Made by a program: the position numbers and the translations under genes. DNA of 36,809 bases from Octopus bimaculoides (lineage: Eukaryota). Location of the stretch: assembly GCF_001194135.2 (NCBI RefSeq), contig NC_068982.1, forward strand, positions 133,154,489 through 133,191,297, written 5' to 3'. This document shows, piece after piece, positions 21,722 through 33,894 of this stretch (positions are counted from its first letter, which is position 1; every line of letters starts with the position of its first letter). The notes below the pieces were generated by a model. The model had not been told where the DNA came from, ran no database searches, and was given only the letters and a program-made list of their open reading frames with translations.

Positions 21722-22090
21722 AGTAACAACAGTACAAAGTATGTAGCCCTTAAAACGGTTTTTGTGCATTTATTGAGAATACCGAACTGTCTTACACAGG
21801 ATACTGTTTTGGGGAATTCTCAATAAGTTATGAATACCCAAATTGTGAAGTCAGTTATGCAATAACAAGAAATTAATTATCCAATAGTAAGAATTCAAAT
21901 AAAGTAGCCCCAAAAAGGGTTTTAATACATTCCCAGAGTATATAGAACTTAGGATGAAATACTAATAAGGTATGTATACTAAAATTGTGAAGCATGTTAC
22001 GTAATAACAGGCTAATCAGATATGAGATAATAACAATTCAAAGTAAATAACTCTGAAAAAAGCTTTTGTGCATTCACAGAGAATATTACC
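21722..22090. repeat. Diverged ~150-bp tandem repeat, about 2.3 units
   Basis: Recurring blocks gccc.taaaacggtttttgtgcatt (21746), gccccaaaaagggttttaatacatt (21907) and ctctgaaaaaagcttttgtgcatt (22051); aaattgtgaag..gtta.g.aataaca occurs at 21840 and 21981. Confidence 0.6.
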
Positions 22091-23409
22091 CTCAGCGGTG
22101 CTAGTGTTGGTATATTCGTGAATAAGTCACTAACCAAAATAAGTGGATCTATTGTTTAGGAAAATACTATTTACTTGTTTAAGCATTGTACTGGATAAAT
22201 TGCAAAAATAACTCAAATAGTTCAAATACTAAGAAATAAGCATACTCAATTTGATTTATGCAAAATAATTTATGAACATGAATGGGTTATTTCCCTTGGC
22301 TATATATAAGGATATCTTTCAGAAGCAGATTTCCACATATATAGTAGATAAATGTGACACTTCTAACAGTGGTAGAATTGGCAGAAACAAGAAAATATTT
22401 TCTAAATACCTTTTCTTTCATTGATCAATTCACTTCTTTTCCTTCACACTTCAAATAAGACAAAGTACCAACAATATACTGAGCTGATTTAAGTCACTGC
22501 AATATTCCTCTAAATAAATTGGTTATGTCTCTTTACTCCAGTTTTATATTGTTGGGTGGTTTATGAAGGTAGTATTCTCAGACTATGTCAAATATAGAAC
22601 CTGTATTTGATATGAAAATACACATCAAATATCCTTCAGTCAGTTTAAATGCAAACACTTGTATATGAGTTAATAATTAACGTTTCGTCTCTATCGAACT
22701 ACAGTTATTTCACTTTTAGATCAGTTATACACTTGGTTGAAAACAAGTGACTATATCTCTTCCTTTACAAAAGTTGGCTTTATATTTTGTCCAAAGAAAG
22801 TGTTTGTTTCTTTTTATGCTTCATAAGATTGATATAGATTTGTGGCTGAGAAACTACAGTTAATTCTACTTCAGAAAATTTATGCCATTGAGCTAGACAT
22901 CCAAATTGGTATTCTAATTGTATCAATCTCATTTCTACTGGACATGAGGTCTGTTCTACAAAAAAAGGGTCGTAAAACTTGCCTTTTGAATTCTAAAGAG
23001 AACAAGGGAGTATAATAAAAGGCAATTTCCTGCTACATTGAAAATAGCAACAATTATGAAGACATGCTTATTCATTGACTTGAGTATGGAAGCAGATATT
23101 TTTAAGTAGTTTAAAAGGTAACTAACATTCTACAATGTGTAATCTATTTTAACTAATTACATAAAGCTTTTTGGTGTAATGATTCATGCATATAAAGAAA
23201 AATATCATTCACTGATTGGGAGGATTTTAGTTGACTATTTGACACAGAAGTAAAGTGGTACAGAAGTAAATATACCAATTGTGATGTTAGTCAATAACTT
23301 ATTTTGTTCACGATAAAGCAGGTGGCTGTGAGAAAAAGAACGTTATGTGAATTCTCAGGATGGAAAAAAAATTGTCATTTTATTATTATAAAGGAATGCT
23401 TATTATAAT

Positions 23410-23560
23410 GATAGGAGTGGTCAAATCATTGGAGCTTTGAACATAATGCTTTGTAATATTTGTTCTGACTCCTTAGGTTCTGAGTTCAAATGCCACTGAG
23501 GTCAACTTTGCCTTACATTTTTTAGGGTTGAAAAAAATTTGATTGAGCACTGTAAACATC
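23410..23560 (+). mobile_element. Old tRNA-SINE fragment
   Basis: ggttctgagttcaaatgccactgaggtcaactttgcc; same family as 7829-8030. Confidence 0.7.
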
Positions 23561-23949
23561 CTATCTTTTCATTGGTATCAAGGGGATTACATTATCTATT
23601 GTGTTCTTAACTTGTTTTGGTATGGTGAGGTTTGTGGGCTTATTATAGCAAATCAAGCAGCCAAATAAAGGTTTCAATTGTTCTGAAATAAAGGTTTCAA
23701 CATGTGACTGTTGAGAAAGAAGTTCTAAAGAAAGCAATAAGGATGAGAGAAAATACTTCTGCATACTAAATAAAATATGGTAAAATCACATGTATGTAAT
23801 ACTGTAAGCTGCAAAACATTGATAAACTGGGAATATACAGTTAGTAAACACCCTCTATGGGTGTTTCAATCCCACCCCCACAAGAAGATAATCTCCATAA
23901 GTTCATTTGATTCAAATGTTTAAACAATGATTATATAGCAATATATCAT

Positions 23950-24070
23950 TATTATCATCATCATTTTAACATACACTTTTTCATGCATGCATTGGTCAGA
24001 TGGAATTTGTTTAGGGAGATTTTATCCAGCTGGTTACCTTTCTGTTGCCAACTCTTGCTTGATTCCAAGT
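23950..24070 (-). mobile_element. Old RTE 3' tail
   Basis: catcatcattttaacatacactttttcatgc...atccagctggttacctttctgttgccaac; a diverged tail homolog. Confidence 0.6.
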
Positions 24071-24214
24071 AAGGTAACATAACCCTTTTTGCTGCACATG
24101 CTTTCACAGAAGATTGGAAACAAAGGACACTACTTGTATGATAGTCCTCGTTTACAACTACCATGCAACATAAAGGCAAGGAGACACCAACACATACACA
24201 CACATATACACAAC

Positions 24215-24340
24215 AAACTTCTTTCAGTTTCTGTCAATCACATCCACTCACAAGGCTTTGGTCAACCAAGGGCTATAATAGAAGACACTCGTCTTCTACT
24301 ACGAAACTATGTAGATGGGAAGCAAGCTTCTTAACCACAC
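24215..24340 (-). mobile_element. SINE fragment (cephalopod CORE-type)
   Basis: cttctttcagtttctgtcaatcacatccactcacaaggctttggtcaaccaagggctataatagaagacac, recognised as the reverse strand of a common octopus SINE body. Confidence 0.6.
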
Positions 24341-24649
24341 AGTCATACCTACACCTAATGACATCTGTAACCAAAAACACCTCTCCTTATATCACTCCTC
24401 CAACTAAGTTAAACTAGAGATCTTGCTTAGTAATAATTTCAAAAACAAAATAGAACCTCATCAACTCACCTAAACTAGGGACTGAACCAGGGTTAAAGTT
24501 CCTTTAGTCTAATGCTCTCTCAACTGAGCCATTTTAGCTATACGCAAATAGCCTTATAATTTATAGTAATATTCACTGTCATTAAAATGAGGCTATTTTG
24601 AAAAGTATACCAAAAAAGTATACCAAACTATACCAAAGCTCTGAAAAAT

Positions 24650-26870
24650 TGAACATGCCAATGGATTAAAGAGACATATAGACTACAAAAAGTGAAAGAA
24701 CAGTCTGATGAACTGTGAGGCATATAACACCTCTGACACCCTCTCCGCAGACCATCAGATTGTAAATTGACTCTCCAATTGTGTCTTAGAACAAGCAGAC
24801 AAAAGAAAATCCTGATTATTTATAACTGGTCAACTCTGCTACAGGATGCTAACTTGGCTAACAGATACCACATTAAAGCAGGAACCATTCTGATTCTCTC
24901 TGTACTCAAGAGCATCTGCAATCAGAGGGATCAAATACCAATCTCTACAAGGCTCTTTGTGATGCACACAAACACTTCACAGAGATGTGTGTGCCCAAGA
25001 AGACCAGGATGAGGAAAAGGGACCTATGGGAGGACATAGATGCAGTGAATCAGAGAGAGAGGGATAAATGGCGGCAAAGGTAAAGAGAGCCAATTCCACT
25101 CCCCAAAACAGAGACATCTTAGAACAGGCTATCAGGAAGCTAAATGAAATGCACAACAAAAACATAGTTTGATATGTAGAAGGAATCGCTGGGATCGACA
25201 CAGCTATTGACAACAAGAAGTGTGCCAAAGTGTGGAAGATTTGTAATGAAGTCACCAGCCAAAAGTATACAGAGCTACTCTAAAGGCTTAATCTCCTATG
25301 GAATGTCTCAACCTCGGGAAAGTCCATTTTGAAAAGATCCTTGCTTCCACAGATAGTCAAACAACTGACAGTACATTTCAAACTAAGAATATCATTGAAA
25401 GAGAATTTCCCATAAATACTAAAGATTTCACAATTTTCAAACTGAATAGATATCTGAAGGAATTGCCTAATAATAAAGCAACTAGACCAGACAGGATTCC
25501 TGGCAAAATGTGGAAGACTGGCACCCTCAAGGAAGAACTTCTCAAAGTATACAAGACTTTAGATGGTGACACACCAGAGATATGGTCCAAAAGTGGTATT
25601 GTTCCCATCCCCAAGAAAGGAAATCTGACACTGCCAGAAGACTACAGAGGAATTAGTCTTAACCAATAGCAGCAAAAATTTATAACAAGATGCTGCTGAA
25701 GAACATGAGAACATACCTCAGTCCATTACTTCAAAACAACCAGAATAGATTTAGAGAAGGATGCTACATTATTTCCCACATCCTCACTCTGCAGAGAATC
25801 ATTGAAATGTTGATGTTTTGACATTCATGAACTTCAAGAAAGCATTCAATCCAGTCAACAAAGAGATAATGAAGATCCTCAGGATGTATGGAATCCCTGA
25901 AAAGATTGTGAGAGCCATCAGCATCATGTACTCCAAAGCCTTTGCAAAAGTCTTATCAGCTAATGGGAAAACTGACATCTTGAAATCAAGGCAGGAATAA
26001 TACAGGAAGATACGCTAGCTCCATATCTCTTCATCATTGTAGTGGACTATGTGATGAGATGCATCCTAAAAGATCACCAACATCTCAGTTTCACTCTGCA
26101 GAGAGCAACTGCCAAAAATGAAAACAAACCAGAGAAGTGTATCACTGACACAGACGATGCAGATGATTTAAGCCTGATGTCTGAATCCATGTTTGATGCC
26201 CAGGCATTCCTGATATGAATTGGAAGAGCAGCTCAAGAAGAGTAGGGACTATGTATAAACACTAACAAGATTGAGGTGATGATGTTCAATGTCTCTGGAA
26301 CTCTCAAATCACTCGCTGGAGATGACATAAGACAAGTTGAAGACTTCAGATATCTCAGTGCATGGTTATCCTCATCAGAGAAAGATCTTGAGACAAAAAA
26401 AGCCCAAGCCTGGAATGCTATCAGTAAACTAGACATGATTTGATAGTCATCACTCCTGGGAAGACAAAAAAGTCATGTTCTTCAAAGCAACAGTAGAAAG
26501 TGTGCTACTTTACAGGTCCAAAATTTGGATTCTGACAAAAACATTGTAGGAACAACTAGAAGGGTGCTACACCTGCTTACTCCAACAAGCATTGAATATC
26601 AAATGGTAACAGAGGGTGACCAATAAAGACCTCTACAGGAACCTTCCCTGATATCAGAACCAGCAGACACCATTTTGTTGGGCACTGCTACCAGGTCAGG
26701 AACAAATGTATCAGGAATGTGTTACTCTGAGAACCAATAGGAGCAGAGATCAACCAACTACCACATATGTTGACAGACTAATGATTGACAGCAGCCTATC
26801 AGTGCCCAAGTTGAAGTCAGCAATGGATAGCAATGACTATTGGAGGAACATCTGTGCAGATTGAGGCAAC
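24650..26870 (+). mobile_element. Degraded RTE-like LINE, distinct from the 15.4-kb family
   Basis: GIVPIPKKGNL..DYRGISL, FMNFKKAF, QEDTLAPYLFII, ITDTDDADDL, VEDFRYL, FKATVESVLLY and HFVGHC, with many stops. Confidence 0.9.
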
Positions 26871-26878
26871 CCAATCTA

Positions 26879-27005
26879 CAGGGTATCCACAAAGTCTGGG
26901 TACATGGAGTAAATAAAAATATAACATAAACAATTAAATATAAGAAATAATAATTTCTTAAAGTATGTGTTAATCCCCATGTACCCAGACTTTGTGGACA
27001 CCCTG
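26879..27005. mobile_element. 127-bp Tc1/mariner MITE
   Basis: TA|cagggtatccacaaagtctgggtacatgg ... ccatgtacccagactttgtggacaccctg|TA: 29-bp TIRs with 1 mismatch and a TA TSD. Confidence 0.95.
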
Positions 27006-27735
27006 TAGAAGAGATACCAAAAAAACATATCAAATGATGAGGTGAGAACTCATTACAAATTATAAAATAACTCAAAATATAAATAGGCTAGTTTGTTTTT
27101 ATACAAATGTCTTTTACATATTTTAGTACTGTCTGAAATATGTTTACATAAATAATAGAACAGGCATATTGTAAGTATGGCAAACACACATCTTAACACA
27201 AAGCACATTCATAAGCACACTAGTTGTCACTCAGCCTGCTTAAAGTAACAGCCCAAACTCACATAAACCACACCCATCAATAAAGGCGATACTAAAAATA
27301 TAAAGGGCAGGTTTGTTCCAACTGGAATGCCTTTTATGGTGGTTTTTCAACTAAGACTGATTTTGGATTACACATGAAAGTTTATTTCGTAGCAACCAGA
27401 TTTCCCTCAAATCACAATCTACTGTTTTGAATTAGGAACGGATACAGTGAAAACTAAAAATAAGACTTGCCTAATTTAAACCGGTGAATGTATGTATGTG
27501 TACACACACACACACACAGTCATTCACACAGACTGGAGTGAATCTGGTCTTTAAGCCCATCTGACGAAAATAATGGGCATGTTTCAGTCTGATTAGCTCT
27601 CCTCAGCAAAGCAGGTTGTCCCAGTCGGTAAGATTCATCAGTATTTGCCTCTGTTTGTGTGTGTGTGTGCACGCGCGCGCGCGCAGGAATAGAGGAATAG
27701 AATGTAGTGACGGTGATTATGTATGTCAACAAATT

Positions 27736-27983
27736 TGGTACTAAAGCAGCGTGGTCCCGAACGCACAGTTGCGCAGTCACGCGTCCGCGCTAGCTAGTCG
27801 TGAGTGGTAGATCCTAACCCTAACCCTATTCCTAACCCTAACCCTATCTCTAACCCTAACCCTAAACACGTATTCATTTGCACACACGCTCGCACGCGCA
27901 CTTTTTGTAGGATCGACTACTCACGACTAGCTAGCGCGGACGCGCAACTGCAAGTTCGGGACCACGATGCTTTAGTAGTACCA
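27736..27983. mobile_element. 248-bp MITE with ~80-bp TIRs, 6-bp TSD (CAAATT) and an internal telomere-like array
   Basis: caaatt|tggtactaaagcagcgtggtcccgaac...gatccta and taggatc...gttcgggaccacgatgctttagtagtacca|caaatt. Nine CCTAAC-like hexamers lie at 27813-27866. Confidence 0.9.
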
Positions 27984-28323
27984 CAAATTTTCCAACGAGG
28001 AGAAAAATATGAACATTTTTATTTCTTTTTTTTTTTTAATCTTTTGACTTCACTATAGTTATACTCTGTTTATCTTTCAATATCTGAACCAACAACCTGT
28101 CGTTTAAAAGTAATCCTCGGAATGTTCATTAGTATAAACAATAAGCCTTAATGTAAAATAACGCTTTTACTCTTTGTTTGGCGTCGAACTACAAGAAATA
28201 TGAATAGAAATATTACACACACGTACACATAAACACAAAAGGTTTCTGAAACAGAATAGAACAAAAGGTCACGAATGAAACCGGTTTCTTATCTTTTGTG
28301 TGAAAGAGTATAGCATTAGTTCT

Positions 28324-28337
28324 GTTTCCTTAGCAAC
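28324..28337. promoter_or_regulatory. Candidate RFX X-box (GTTTCCTTAGCAAC) in CpG-retaining unique DNA
   Basis: Resembles the X-box palindrome GTTGCCATGGCAAC (GTTTCC-N2-AGCAAC). Motif match only. Confidence 0.3.
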
Positions 28338-29418
28338 ATGTTTTCGTTCGAGTACTTTATTATGCAGCCGCGAGACGACAGGTGACACGATATAAAGACA
28401 AACAATTAAGCGACCGGCGTAAATACACAAACACACAATCAGACAATCATGCATATACACACATCCCTGAAGGGGAAGGTACGACTTTTATAAAGAAACA
28501 ACCTTGATAAGCAATAAGGTTAGATAGACAGTAAGAAAGACGAGCAGTAAGCAACAGGTGTCTTTCCTCAATTAGTTTATAATAAGGAATGTAACAGAAA
28601 ACCGTTTTTCTTTTCCTTTATGATATGACGTAGGTAGCAGATAGAGTTTTGTAAGGAAACAAAGAAATTGATATAAATTCCGAGATTAAACCCTTTCCCC
28701 GTCATTTCTTTGTTATCTAGTTAGTTCATTTATAAATATATTTCTATTTTATAATACAAGTTATATGTAGATTTTTAAAACCATTAATGTTAAAAATAAA
28801 ATAAATTCACATTTAAAAAGATATATTACATCTTCATTTCCAGAGCTATCTCTGACTCCTGAGGGAGGAAATATACTGGAGGAATGATGGCGTGGATGCC
28901 TTGCCCAAGTTGATATGATGTCTAAAAAGTTTTCGGAGTATGAATGGGATAGTAAGATGTTCATACTTTTCTTCCCCGGGTCAATTTGCGAAGAATATGC
29001 GTTAACCGAGAGACAGAGCCGTCTTAACAATTTTATAGGCCTCCGAACATTCTGTTCGTGGACTTATAATCGCTTTTAATAAATAAATGTAGGGGCCAGG
29101 GGGCGTCCTACATTCATTTTTCTGAAAGTAAGCCACAACATACATATGTTAGCATTGGGCCCAGAGTAGTGAACCTGTCTTAAGAAGGCATTGAGCTGGA
29201 ATCGAAACCAAGTACACACGGCTCCAAATAAGACTAACTCCCACATTTTTCTTCCCTCATTTTTTTTCTTTTTATCTTCCATTCTCTTTTGTTTATACAC
29301 ATTCATGAACATAGAAGTATTTTCATCAGACGTGAGAGCGGTGAAATGAGAAAGAAATGTTGTTGGATTCTGCATTTTGCCTGGAAATCGGTTCGGCATG
29401 TATTAAATATTGTTTATA

Positions 29419-29629
29419 CGTTAATCCCTCGCCATATCGCGGTTTATTATTTAAGCTTACGTCGATTCCTCCGTGGTGTTGCTTTGCATTTATTGTAAAA
29501 TAAATATATACAAATTATAAAAATAATCAAAACAAATATACAGTACAGTACGGTTTCTACTTCGCGGATTTTCACCTATCGCGGGTTTTTTTGGAACGTA
29601 ACACTCACGATAGTCGAGGGATTACTCTG
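29419..29629. mobile_element. pogo/Tigger-like MITE, CpG-retaining copy
   Basis: TA|cgttaatccctcgccatatcgcgg ... cgatagtcgagggattactctg; homologous to 12518-12704. Confidence 0.8.
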
Positions 29630-30048
29630 TGTGTGTGTGTATGTATGTATGTATACACACACACAGAAGTTGTTTCCATAGTAATTGTGATTGGAAAAGA
29701 CGGAGCATATGTTAACAACAGAAATTCATGTTTATCAAACCATTTGTTATCTTTTGCAGTTAAGCTTTAAGCACCAAACCAAACCTAAAAGTGATCATTT
29801 CATGCAACGTTACTGAACAGAAAAATTGTTGAAAAAAGTTAGTGATCGCCCAAAATTTTGTTTTCTTTCAAATGTTTATTTAGTTACTAAAAATGCAAAC
29901 CTTCAATCATTCGGTTATATAAAAGTCCCTTTTCTGACGCACCATGTATTTGTTAAGTTTAATGACAACGTTTAAGAAATTAATAATCTAACCTTAATAT
30001 TACGCAAAACAACTTTTCTCTCTTCACTGAGAACATTAAAGGTCTTGT

Positions 30049-30057
30049 ACTTACCTG
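30049..30057 (-). other. Consensus splice donor CAG|GTAAGT, candidate end of a 5' UTR exon
   Basis: Plus strand acttacctg. It lies at the right edge of the CpG-retaining zone and has the same orientation as the 7062-7132 exon. Confidence 0.35.
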
Positions 30058-30613
30058 TTTGGCAGTTTTACACAGAAAAACATAAGAACGTTAATTTAGT
30101 TTCATTGAGTATCCGCATTATTATCTCGTATAAAAAGTGTAGTTGATGCTTAAACCCGAAGTCAGCTCCCAAGTAGACTCAAGGACTAGTAACAAAAACA
30201 TAACAGTCTTGAACAGGAGAAATTCATTATCCAATAAGGCCTTAGTATTTTTAAGACAGCAGAAGATAATTTGAAGATTTGACTAATACCCCTAGCAAAT
30301 CAAACGACTAGGTAAAGACTTCTTAGTATAATAATATACTATAATGCCTGGTATCTAATGAGAGAGCAGTTGGGAAAACATTTACGTGATTGATCATACT
30401 GATCGGTAGTTGATATGAACAAATGAAAAGTTGTTATTTACAAGTTCTGACTGACAGATTCTTCGTATCATCCAGGTGGTGTGAAAAAGTCGTTGTTTGA
30501 ATAACTTCGTAAAATATCATCTCTCTCTCTCTCTCGTTTATACATGAATATTTATATATAAATAAATATATGTATATATGTAAATATATACAGGTATATA
30601 CATACATACATAT

Positions 30614-30665
<52 letters not shown>

Positions 30666-30667
<2 letters not shown>

Positions 30668-30850
30668 TTATATTCTTTTACTTATTTCTGTCATTTGACT
30701 GCGGCCATGTTGGAGCATCGCCTTAAAGAGCTTTAATGGAAGAACTTGACCCCAGGACTTATTCTCTGTAAGCCTAGTACTTATTCTATCGTCTGCTTTG
30801 TCGAACCACTAAGTTACACCGGCATCGATTGTCAAGCGATGGCGGGGGGG
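30666..30850 (-). mobile_element. tRNA-SINE 3' part
   Basis: Reverse complement cttagtggttcgacaaagcagacgatagaataagtactaggcttacagagaataagtcctggggtc...tgctccaacatggccgcagtcaaatgacagaaataagtaaaaga. Confidence 0.75.
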
Positions 30851-31164
30851 GGGTAAAACACACACACACACACACACATACATATACACACATATATATT
30901 TAATTAGAGGTTATAATATCCTCATTAAGGGATAAAAATATCCAATGAATTACATACAGGTTCATTGCCTATTACATTTTTGAGAATATTGATATTCATA
31001 ACATAATAGGTCTAAATATAAATCTTGGTTTATAAATACTCAAATTTAAATTCAGAAAAGGGAGATGCAGCATTAATATAATTTATTAACTGCAAAAATC
31101 CAGCTGTTTCAATTTTGCCCAAAAATTAAATTCCAATAATTAAATCATTGTATTGGGCATCTTG

Positions 31165-33860
31165 TCAAAGTAGGAGGTGAAATCCACCTCCATTGCTAAT
31201 ACACCGCATGCTCCGTACAGTTTGGCGAAGTGCCGCTAGAATTCCATACATATCTGCTTGAATTTGTGTAGCATGTGCCCATCCCAGCCTATCAAAAACT
31301 GAACTGTGGCTTTGTTGCTTCATTGCTCCTCTTCTACCCGGAACAATCAAATGGCTTTCGTCCCTTCATGTCTTAGCGCACGTGCCTTAGCTCTGACAAC
31401 GCAACCTTTGTGCTTGGCATTGAAGAATTGATCAAGAGCCAATCTCGCCACCAGAATGTCAGATGCTATACCTCTCCTAAGCACGTCTTCAAGTTTTCTA
31501 ACTAGGTCTCTCTCTATTCTGGATTTTTTAAAGTTATTTCCTTACTAAATCCTATTGCTTCTACTCTAATATCGTTTTTCAGGACTATCCATCAATGGTT
31601 GTTGACGATTGCACCTAACAACTTCCGATAAACTAACTTACTAACCTGATTTCTGAATGCTTGACACGCCGGGAAAGACGCATTCAGCTTCCAGTACCCG
31701 CGGCCCTGCCTATGGATCCAATCTAGGTCGACTGTGAAGATCATAAATTGGTGGTCTGTGTAGCTGACAACTTTGAATTGTGGACAACCTATGCTCCTTC
31801 TATCTACTGGCCTACAGAATATCCTATCTAGATATAATCTGGAAAACCTGGTGTTGTTTACCCATGTTGTTTGGTGCATTCGATCCAGTCGATACCTGTC
31901 AGCCAGTTGGAAGTGGCTGAGCAGGTTTGTGAGGCTTTTACACCCCCCTTCTCCTATAGGTTATCCCCACCATATCTAGGTGTGTATCCAAGATGGCATT
32001 CTAATTGCCCACTAGCACTAAAATGCAAGAAAAACCTTCAGATGTCTGAAGAAATCCAGCTGCCCTGCCCCAGCCAGAGCGCACATAGAGACTAGTCTAA
32101 AAGCACCACCTTCCCTATTGCTCACACCTAGGACTACCAACTTACCATCTGGGTCCAGAAAGATCGTCTGAACCTCAAGATCCAGGCCTTTCTCAAATAC
32201 TATTGCCACCCCGCCTCCCATTCCGGGGTGACTAAGAGATGCGTAGATCTCAAAATTATCGAAAATAGAGGCTAGATTGCATATGTCGAAAATTCTGGTT
32301 TTGTTGACGGCTGTCACGTCCAAAGCTAGTTTTTAAGGAGGTGATCTTGCTTCCAGGGTAACCGCAAGACCTTGCTTCCAGGGTAACCCACTCTCATCAT
32401 CACTATGCTGGCCAGAACGAGTTGTGTGAAAGAAAAAGAGATCTGGTTGGAGGTTCTCTGCTAACCCCGTTAAAAGTCTTTTGGAGGCTGTTATATTGAA
32501 GGTTCTCACATCGTGGGGGAAGACCTCCTGAATATTTTTGTAAGTTGTTAACGGTACATGCACTAACAACAGCTCTTTCGGCACTTTAAGAGTGCTGGTA
32601 TCGTGTATTGCTCCCCATCTCTCAATCTCTTTATTTCAAGTTATGAGGGCCTCAAGATCTTTGTTTGCTCTCCCCACTGGGGTCTGTGAATTTATCATTT
32701 CCTCAGAAAGCTCTGTTTTGGGGGTGAGGTAGGATTGTGGTGCTGTTGGTTGTGCTGGTAGTAGCATCTTTTTTGTGTTGATGGTTGTGGGGCTGGAGGG
32801 GTTGTCTGTGTGCTTGTGTTTGTGTGGGTGTTTATGTATGTGTGTTTTAGAGGAGAAGATAGAGAGCTGGGTTGAGGAAAGCCCTGGTTGGTCCTCTCAG
32901 TTGAAGTTCTTGTCAATTTTGGTGGTAACGGTGGTGGTGGTGCAGTTGGGGCTGTTGTTACTGCTGTTTCTGATACTGCCCCTTTTCCTACTGCTGCCAG
33001 TCCTTCCACCTTAGACAGAGCCACTGCTATGGTTCTGCCTTGAGATGCTGTTGTTGCTTCACTCTTCTTTACCCTTGTAGGTGATAATGTTGTTGTGGCA
33101 ATGGTTGTGACATTGGTGGTGGAGCCCTCCTTTCTTGTTTTTGTTTTGTAGACAGAACACCCGTAAATGATGTCACAGACATGGCATCTTGGACATCTGC
33201 CTTCCACAATCACTCTCAACTCAGTTCCATTCGGCAAGGAGATCAGGTTAAGGATCCTCTCCAGCTGATATAGCTTTACATGGAGCAGCACCTCCAGTGT
33301 GATCCCTGTCCAGTTCTCCTTCCTTGATCTCTTAACCTCCATGAGAGTGTCAATCTTATTTATTACCACACAAGCGAGTACCCACTGCAAATCTAGTTCT
33401 GGTGGCACCCTGATATGGTAATCTTTATCGTCTTTTTCTCATATACGTGGGAAGAGCACGAATTCCTCGCTGCAGCATGCAGCAAGCAAGTGTCGAATTG
33501 CCAGAGCAACAAAACTTTCACCCTGTCAAACTGCTTTGTCTTCAATATATGACCGATGTCCTACCATGTATCCTGTAAGGCCCTTTCTATATGGACGTTC
33601 TTTGTCGTTTTGATTTACGTCACTATTTTTATGACTGTAGCTGTCAATGATTCAGGTGGTGGAGACATCTCTGCCCTCCTCACATGGATTCTTCAAAATT
33701 TGGCCGCATTTGCCAATTTAGAGGCTTTGTTCTCTAGGGAGAGGGCAAAGAGTTATTTTTAGGTGAAAGAAGTCTTATTATTGTTGTTGGTGATAGAGCT
33801 GTAACCACTTTCAGTGGTAACAGAATTTTTACTTGACCTCACAAAACTGTTGTCCATTGG
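31165..33860 (-). mobile_element. Tx1/L1-clade LINE 5' part: ORF1, endonuclease and linker; no RT
   Basis: ORF1 with zinc-knuckle-like RCPRCHVC and a Thr/Pro-rich tail (32695-33408). ORF2 endonuclease motifs GGGVAIVF, DPDGKLVVL, SRLYLDRIF, SYTDH and GRGYWKLNAS; linker GCVVRAKARAL..EGRK. Confidence 0.9.
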
Positions 33861-33894
33861 GTAAACAATACTCTCCCCAAACCAGGAATGATAA

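Noticed and set aside
21770-22060. snoRNA cluster interpretation of the 150-bp repeats
   Set aside because: No canonical C box (RTGATGA) paired with a D box, and no convincing H/ACA double-hairpin layout.
27575-27650. Minus-strand CTGATGA...GAAAC as a fourth hammerhead
   Set aside because: Helix II pairs poorly and there is no NUH triplet pairing with helix III (GAAACATGCCC). CTGATGA hits near 17313, 24706 and 29324 lack any downstream GAAAC.
27813-27866. Interstitial telomere from chromosome healing or fusion
   Set aside because: The array is enclosed by TIRs and a 6-bp TSD, so it is internal to a transposon.
28761-29030. 89-aa minus-strand ORF, and a plus-strand MMSKKFSEYEWD segment, as first coding exons
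   Set aside because: No recognisable domain; splice signals are weak or conflicting between strands.
29014-29191. Possible hAT-type MITE (cagagccgtcttaac ... ttaagaaggcattg)
   Set aside because: The TIR match is short and degenerate, and no 8-bp TSD is visible.
32346-32388. 25-bp tandem duplication (cttgcttccagggtaacc x2) near the Tx1 ORF1/ORF2 junction
   Set aside because: Most simply a post-insertion slippage event in a dead element.
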